From the IMG/VR virus record IMGVR_UViG_3300042384_000288, positions 1-64,000 of that record: a DNA stretch of 64,000 nt. One strand, given 5' to 3'. A program made the position numbers and the translations under genes. This document shows, one piece after another, positions 58,392 to 64,000 of this stretch; within the stretch, counting starts at the first letter, position 1; each line of letters opens with the position of its first letter. The notes beneath the pieces were generated by a model. It was given only the letters and a program-made list of their open reading frames with translations. It did no database searches and had not been told where the DNA came from. The stretch comes from a virus.

Positions 58392-58427
58392 TAGTAATGT
58401 GGGCTCCAAATAAACAAATATAATATT

Positions 58428-59819
58428 ATGATAAAAAGTAATTTCCTGACTGCTGCAGAAGAAATGAAGGACAAGTTAGGTCCTGCTCTCTGCTTGGCTA
58501 AGTGGCAACAGGTAAGTCTACACTTGCCTACAGGACTTACTAACAGTTGCTATCACCCACCCTTACATGAGATCGACAGTGCTCCGTTGCTATTCAATCC
58601 CGGTGCGCTACATAATACTGATTACAAGAAACAACAGCGCAAACTCATGCTAGAGCAAACACGCCCGGCTGAATGCAGCTACTGCTGGAGTGCCGAAGAT
58701 AACCAGCAACTAAGCGATAGACACTATCGTTCCGGTGAGCCGTGGGCGGCTGAACACTATGAAACGATAGTAAACGCACCATGGGACCAAGACGTTGTAC
58801 CAAGTTATGTTGAAGTAAACTTCAGTCATGGCTGTAACTTAGCTTGTTCATATTGCAGTCCGCAGTACAGTACAGAATGGGGCAAAGATATTGGCAGATG
58901 GGGAGCATACCCAACTAGTACTCCGCACAATGCGCCCGAACACTTTCAAGGTCGACGTAAACCTATTCCAGTTCGTGAAGCTAATCCCTATGTAGAAGCA
59001 TTTTGGCGTTGGTGGCCTGAATTATACCCTAAACTTAAACATTTCCGTATGACAGGTGGTGAACCACTTATGGATAAGAATACGCATCGTGTGTTTGATT
59101 ATATACTTGCCTTGCCTAAGAGTGACCTGCACGTAGATGTTACTAGCAACTTCAGTGTTGAGCCTGAACTGTTTGACAAGTATCTAGACAAAGTAAAACA
59201 GCTATGTGAGGGTGAACGCATCGAACACTTTATGCAATATGTTAGCTTAGATACCGGACTTCCTGAACATGCAGAATATATACGCGATGGGCTATATTGG
59301 GATAGAGTCATGCGCTATACTAACGATTTCCTAGCAGTAGTGCCATACCGCAATAGCCTAACGTTTATTATTACAATGAACAATTTAAACATACTTGGAC
59401 TAAAACTTTTATTGACACAGATATTAGAGATGCGTAACAAATACAGCACAACTTATCAACGTGTGTGGTTTGATACGCCACTATTACGTAGCCCAACCTA
59501 TCAAAGTTTACAAATACTACCAGCAAGTTATGTTCGCATATTAGAAGATGTTGTTACATTTATGCGAGCAAATCAAGCAGATGAAACTGCTGATAACTTT
59601 GGGGGCTTTAAAGATTACGAAATACAACGTATGGAACGTAATGTAGATTGGATGAAACAAGGTTGCGAACTTGCCGCAGACTATGTTACAATACAAAGAG
59701 CAGACTTCTATAGATTTTTTAATGAATACGATAAACGCAGAGGGTTAAACTTTTTGGAAACATTTCCACAAATGAAAGAGTTTTGGCAGGAGTGCAAATA
59801 CCATGCCGAAACTAACTAA
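58428..59819 (+). CDS. Radical SAM protein with N-terminal auxiliary Cys cluster (SPASM/twitch-like)
   Basis: CLAKW..SCYH..ECSYCW, then CNLACSYC and GGEP. Confidence 0.9.
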   Translation: MIKSNFLTAAEEMKDKLGPALCLAKWQQVSLHLPTGLTNSCYHPPLHEIDSAPLLFNPGALHNTDYKKQQRKLMLEQTRPAECSYCWSAEDNQQLSDRHYRSGEPWAAEHYETIVNAPWDQDVVPSYVEVNFSHGCNLACSYCSPQYSTEWGKDIGRWGAYPTSTPHNAPEHFQGRRKPIPVREANPYVEAFWRWWPELYPKLKHFRMTGGEPLMDKNTHRVFDYILALPKSDLHVDVTSNFSVEPELFDKYLDKVKQLCEGERIEHFMQYVSLDTGLPEHAEYIRDGLYWDRVMRYTNDFLAVVPYRNSLTFIITMNNLNILGLKLLLTQILEMRNKYSTTYQRVWFDTPLLRSPTYQSLQILPASYVRILEDVVTFMRANQADETADNFGGFKDYEIQRMERNVDWMKQGCELAADYVTIQRADFYRFFNEYDKRRGLNFLETFPQMKEFWQECKYHAETN

Positions 59820-61179
59820 CGAAACAGATGTAGAATATAAGCGCAGAGTGATTGACATTAAGTCAGCGAGCTTCTGTGCGGCTAAATGGTATAACGCTAC
59901 TATATGGTTAGGGTCGGGACAGACTACTAGCTGTCATCACCCATTGCCTCATGCTATTGACCTAGAAGCAATTAAAACTAATCCCAGTGCTATCCATAAC
60001 ACTCCGCAAAAGAAATTAGAGCGTAAACAGATGCAGGTGGGTGAACGTCCCAGTGGATGCGAATACTGCTGGAAGATTGAAGACATGTACAAGGATCCTA
60101 AATATACCGGAGTTGATGTTGGCACTCCAATTAGTGATCGTGTATACAAAACAGTAATTTATGATGATAAGGATTTAGATCTTGCCTACAACACCGACTA
60201 CCAAGAAGATGTTAATTTACAAACTTTGGAAATCGCATTCGACAGAACTTGTCAGCTTGCTTGTAGCTACTGTAACCCTGCTTTCAGTACCGCCTGGGTT
60301 AGAGATATTAAACGCAATGGAGCCTATGAACACCTTGTATCTGACGGACGCAATCACTTTACTCACACTCACGATCATAGCCAACTGTTTACTATTGATC
60401 AAGTCAATCCTTACGTTGAAGCATTCTTTAAGTGGTGGGAGTCAGACCTACACAAAACATTAAAAGAACTGCGTATCACCGGCGGCGAACCGCTTATGTC
60501 GGGGTACACATGGCGCCTAATAGAATGGTTCCAACAGAATAAAGGACAAAGCACCACACGTCTTGCTATCAACAGCAACTTGTGCTTTGAACAAGATAAG
60601 TTAGAGAGGTTATTAGATGCTACACAAGGTATCGAACTGGATTTGTACACTAGCAACGAAAGCTGGGGTCGCCACGCAATGTATATACGCGATGGTTTGG
60701 ATTGGGATCAGTGGGTTAATAATGTTATGTTCTTATTGGATAGCGGTAAGTTGCGTGGCCTACATGTTATGTGTACCATCAATGCTCTATGCTTATTAAG
60801 CATAACAGATCTACTATGGATGATTGTTAAATTTAAACGCAAATACGGTAAGGATAGTATTAACTTTAGCCTAAATATCCTACGTTTTCCTAGTTTTCAA
60901 AGCCCACTAATATTACCGTTAGAATTGCGCAAACAGTTTGCCAAGGATCTAGGACAGTTTGGTACTGCGGCACACGAACATCTACATGAATATGAATTCA
61001 ATCAATTACAAAGATTAATTGAATACCTGAACACAGTAGACAGTCCACATAGCGGAGCATTATCACGTGAAATATTACAGCGTGACTTTAAGAACTTTTA
61101 TCAGCAATACGACCAACGCCGCGGTCTAGACTTTAAATATACATTTACACAATTAGCTAACTGGTACGATACACTATGA
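59803..61179 (+). CDS. Radical SAM protein with N-terminal auxiliary Cys cluster
   Basis: CAAKW..SCHH..GCEYCW, then CQLACSYC and GGEP; paralogue of the previous gene. Confidence 0.9.
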   Translation: MPKLTNETDVEYKRRVIDIKSASFCAAKWYNATIWLGSGQTTSCHHPLPHAIDLEAIKTNPSAIHNTPQKKLERKQMQVGERPSGCEYCWKIEDMYKDPKYTGVDVGTPISDRVYKTVIYDDKDLDLAYNTDYQEDVNLQTLEIAFDRTCQLACSYCNPAFSTAWVRDIKRNGAYEHLVSDGRNHFTHTHDHSQLFTIDQVNPYVEAFFKWWESDLHKTLKELRITGGEPLMSGYTWRLIEWFQQNKGQSTTRLAINSNLCFEQDKLERLLDATQGIELDLYTSNESWGRHAMYIRDGLDWDQWVNNVMFLLDSGKLRGLHVMCTINALCLLSITDLLWMIVKFKRKYGKDSINFSLNILRFPSFQSPLILPLELRKQFAKDLGQFGTAAHEHLHEYEFNQLQRLIEYLNTVDSPHSGALSREILQRDFKNFYQQYDQRRGLDFKYTFTQLANWYDTL

Positions 61180-63731
61180 GCGACGAGCCAAGCAAAAAAT
61201 TAACAGTACATCACAAAAATCACAATTACAATACTCGTAAACCTGTTTATATACACGAAGATGATTTAACCAAAGATCATACATATAAACTGATAGAAAG
61301 TAAACACTTCTGCATGATACCGTGGACGCACATGCATGGTATTCCCGATGGTCGAGCATATCCCTGCTGTCTGGGTGAAATGCATTTGCCGATTGGTAAT
61401 TTCAAAGACAATACCATGAAGGAAGTATGGAATGGAACTCCGTACAAACAGATGCGTCTAAACATGTTAGAAGATAAACCCAGCAAAGAATGCACACGCT
61501 GTTACGAGCAAGAAGATAATGGATTCTTTAGTATGCGCAATAGCCAAAATAAAAACTTTGGTCATCATATTGCATTAACAGATAAAACCAATGCCGATGG
61601 AAGTTTAGATGACTTTAAACTACGCTACTATGATGTACGTTTCTCTAATCTATGTAACTTTAGTTGTCGTACCTGTGGTAGTTTGTTCAGCAGTAGTTGG
61701 TACGCAGAAGAAACTAAACTATTTGGTAAATTAAACCATCCTCAGATTATGTTTGCTGGTAAAAATAAAGATGACATGTGGGAACAGATGCAGGAACATA
61801 TCCCATACCTAGAACAGATTTACTTTGCCGGCGGTGAACCATTGATTATGGAAGAACACTATCGCATTCTCGAAGAATTAGTCAAACGTGAAATGTTCCA
61901 TGTACGATTGATCTATAATACAAACTTTAGTCACATACGTCTTAAAGATAAGATGGTGTTTGAATACTGGAAACTGTTTGATACAGTTTGTGTAGGTGCA
62001 AGTTTAGATGACTCGTATCTCCGCGGAGAGTACATACGTAAAGGTACAGACTGGGCAGAAACAGTAGAAAACCGTCGCAAAATGATTGAAATTTGCCCCA
62101 ATGTTGACTTTTATGTTAGCAGTACAGTTAGTATACTCAATGCCTGGCATTTGACTGAATTCCATAAAGAATGGGTCGACCTTGGTTTGATTAGAGCAAT
62201 GGATTGGAATGTAAATATTTTGCAAAGTCCAGAACGTGATCGAATTGATGTATTACCAATTCAATTTAAAGACAGAATTAAACAACGAGTTGAAGAACAT
62301 ATTGCCTGGCTAGCTCCAATAGATCAACTGCAACGGGCTACTTCTGGTTATAAAGCTATTATTACATTCATGTATCAAGATGATAAGAGTCACTTATTGG
62401 GAGAATTCTTTAAGATAAATGATCAAACTGATGAATTCCGTAGAGAAAAATTTGAAACGATATTTCCTGAATATCGAGAGTTGCGCAATCACTTAGGCAT
62501 TAATAAAACGCATGATAGTATTTGTATGTTGCCGTGGGTCAGTTTAGAAGCTAGCCCAGTGGGTACTGCTCGTCCGTGTTGTCTGGCTAAAGATGAAATT
62601 ACCAAACCCAACGGCACTCCGTATAAACTAAAAGAAAGTTCATTGGCAGAAATTTATAACAGTGAATATATGCAGAATCTTCGACAACAATTTCGACGCG
62701 GTGAAAAGCCTAGTACATGTAATCGTTGTTGGAGTGAAGAAGATGCCGGCATAGTTAGTAAACGTATCAACAGTAGAATTAGACTTAAAGAATTCTATCC
62801 TATCGTTGATTGGAAAAATGACACGCCAGATCAACTATGGTTTATTGATTTAAAACTAGGTAATATCTGTAATCTTAAATGTCGTATATGTGGATCATGG
62901 TCTAGTAGTAAATGGGCCAAAGAAGAAATTGATTACGAGTCTAGGAAATACAAAGAGGTACAAGGATACAATCGCAAACAACATAGTGCATACAAATTTC
63001 TACAAGATGGCACATGGCCAAGAGAAAGCGAAGTATTTTGGGAAAATTTAAAAGAACTACTGCCCAATATCAAGTACTTTGAATTTACCGGTGGAGAACC
63101 ATTCTTAATTGAAGAACATTTTAAACTATTACGCTATGCAGTCGACCACGGGTACAGTAGTCGTATAGATATACACTATAATACCAATGGTACAGTATAT
63201 CCGACAGATGAAGAAGCTAGTCTATGGGGTAAATTTCGAAATGTTGAGATCGCTGTTAGCATAGATAATACCGAAGAACGATTTGAATATGAACGTTACG
63301 GTGCCAACTGGAAAGAAGTAACAGTCAATGTAGTTAAATTTAATGCAATGAGAACTAATTTAATTAAAACACAAGTTTGTATGACTGTAAACATACAAAA
63401 TGTTTATTACTTGCCAGAATTGTGTGATTGGGTTAATACTCAATCTTTTGATATGGTGCATTTTAATATGTTACATGATCCCAATGTAATGTGTATTAAT
63501 CGTATGACTCCTGTTGCACAAAAATTAGTTATAGATAGATTAACCGTTTATCCGTTCAATGTCAAACATCGAGTAGAAATTGATAAAATAATTCAATTTA
63601 TTGAAAACGGCCAAGGCAGCGATGGTACAGAATTTGTACAGAAAATGCAACAGACTGATGTGTATCGTGAGCAGAGTATGTTAACTACACATAGAGAAAT
63701 TGCACTAGCAATGGGCTATGTTGAAGCCTAG
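61176..63731 (+). CDS. Tandem double radical SAM protein
   Basis: Two complete units: CMIPW..PCC..CTRC..CNFSCRTC..GGEP and CMLPW..PCC..CNRC..CNLKCRIC..GGEP. Confidence 0.9.
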   Translation: MSDEPSKKLTVHHKNHNYNTRKPVYIHEDDLTKDHTYKLIESKHFCMIPWTHMHGIPDGRAYPCCLGEMHLPIGNFKDNTMKEVWNGTPYKQMRLNMLEDKPSKECTRCYEQEDNGFFSMRNSQNKNFGHHIALTDKTNADGSLDDFKLRYYDVRFSNLCNFSCRTCGSLFSSSWYAEETKLFGKLNHPQIMFAGKNKDDMWEQMQEHIPYLEQIYFAGGEPLIMEEHYRILEELVKREMFHVRLIYNTNFSHIRLKDKMVFEYWKLFDTVCVGASLDDSYLRGEYIRKGTDWAETVENRRKMIEICPNVDFYVSSTVSILNAWHLTEFHKEWVDLGLIRAMDWNVNILQSPERDRIDVLPIQFKDRIKQRVEEHIAWLAPIDQLQRATSGYKAIITFMYQDDKSHLLGEFFKINDQTDEFRREKFETIFPEYRELRNHLGINKTHDSICMLPWVSLEASPVGTARPCCLAKDEITKPNGTPYKLKESSLAEIYNSEYMQNLRQQFRRGEKPSTCNRCWSEEDAGIVSKRINSRIRLKEFYPIVDWKNDTPDQLWFIDLKLGNICNLKCRICGSWSSSKWAKEEIDYESRKYKEVQGYNRKQHSAYKFLQDGTWPRESEVFWENLKELLPNIKYFEFTGGEPFLIEEHFKLLRYAVDHGYSSRIDIHYNTNGTVYPTDEEASLWGKFRNVEIAVSIDNTEERFEYERYGANWKEVTVNVVKFNAMRTNLIKTQVCMTVNIQNVYYLPELCDWVNTQSFDMVHFNMLHDPNVMCINRMTPVAQKLVIDRLTVYPFNVKHRVEIDKIIQFIENGQGSDGTEFVQKMQQTDVYREQSMLTTHREIALAMGYVEA

Positions 63732-64000
63732 TACACTTTGTCTTGCGCCCTGGGTACATACATACCTAAGCCCTCAGACCGAACGACGTATGTGCTGTGC
63801 CAGTCGCGAACCTGCGCAAAATTTTGAACAATATATTGACGTCTCGGCGGGTACAGGGCGTTATATACCAATAACTCTGGATGAACACTGGAATAGCGAG
63901 CACATGCGGTCGGTCCGTCGTCGCATGATTGCTGGGGAAACCCTCCCAGAGTGTGAGGTATGTAATGATAAGCTGTTGAACACATCAGTTTACCGTAGTT
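63718..64000 (+). CDS. Further radical SAM-type protein, partial (runs off right edge); not in the ORF track
   Basis: Hand translation MLKPSTLCLAPWVHTYLSPQTERRMCCASRE...WNSEHMRSVRRRMIAGETLPECEVC, the same N-terminal Cys module as the preceding genes. Confidence 0.8.
   Translation, partial: MLKPSTLCLAPWVHTYLSPQTERRMCCASREPAQNFEQYIDVSAGTGRYIPITLDEHWNSEHMRSVRRRMIAGETLPECEVCNDKLLNTSVYRS

Noticed and set aside
63728-63985. Minus-strand 85-aa ORF at the right edge
   Set aside because: It is antisense to a clear partial radical SAM-type gene starting at 63718 on +.
1-64000. Stop-codon reassignment
   Set aside because: Core genes are full length under the standard code and end in TAA, TAG or TGA.

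Overview
This window is part of a large, AT-rich T4-like (myovirus-type) phage genome read in the standard genetic code. From left to right it holds: (i) a minus-strand head module (virion proteins, gp23 capsid, gp22 scaffold, gp21 protease, an acidic core protein, gp20 portal) and a tape-measure-like gene; (ii) a divergent gp26/gp51-like tail-chaperone pair linked by a likely -1 frameshift; (iii) a ~550-bp ORF-free gap that folds on the minus strand into a large multi-stem RNA with a pseudoknot, directly behind a minimal GIY-YIG nuclease gene; (iv) a histone-like gene, a homing endonuclease, gp46/gp47 with an amidinotransferase between them, and the late sigma factor gp55; (v) a baseplate/tail-fibre module including a 4235-aa protein with seven FG-GAP-like repeats; (vi) an accessory cluster of glycosyltransferase-like and radical SAM genes running off the right edge. 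The best candidates for undescribed biology are the GIY-YIG plus structured RNA locus (11.5-12.45 kb), two late-promoter leaders with the same three-way-junction/pseudoknot architecture, and the glycosyltransferase/radical SAM cluster. All family calls come from motifs and synteny read by eye; no database search or folding program was run.
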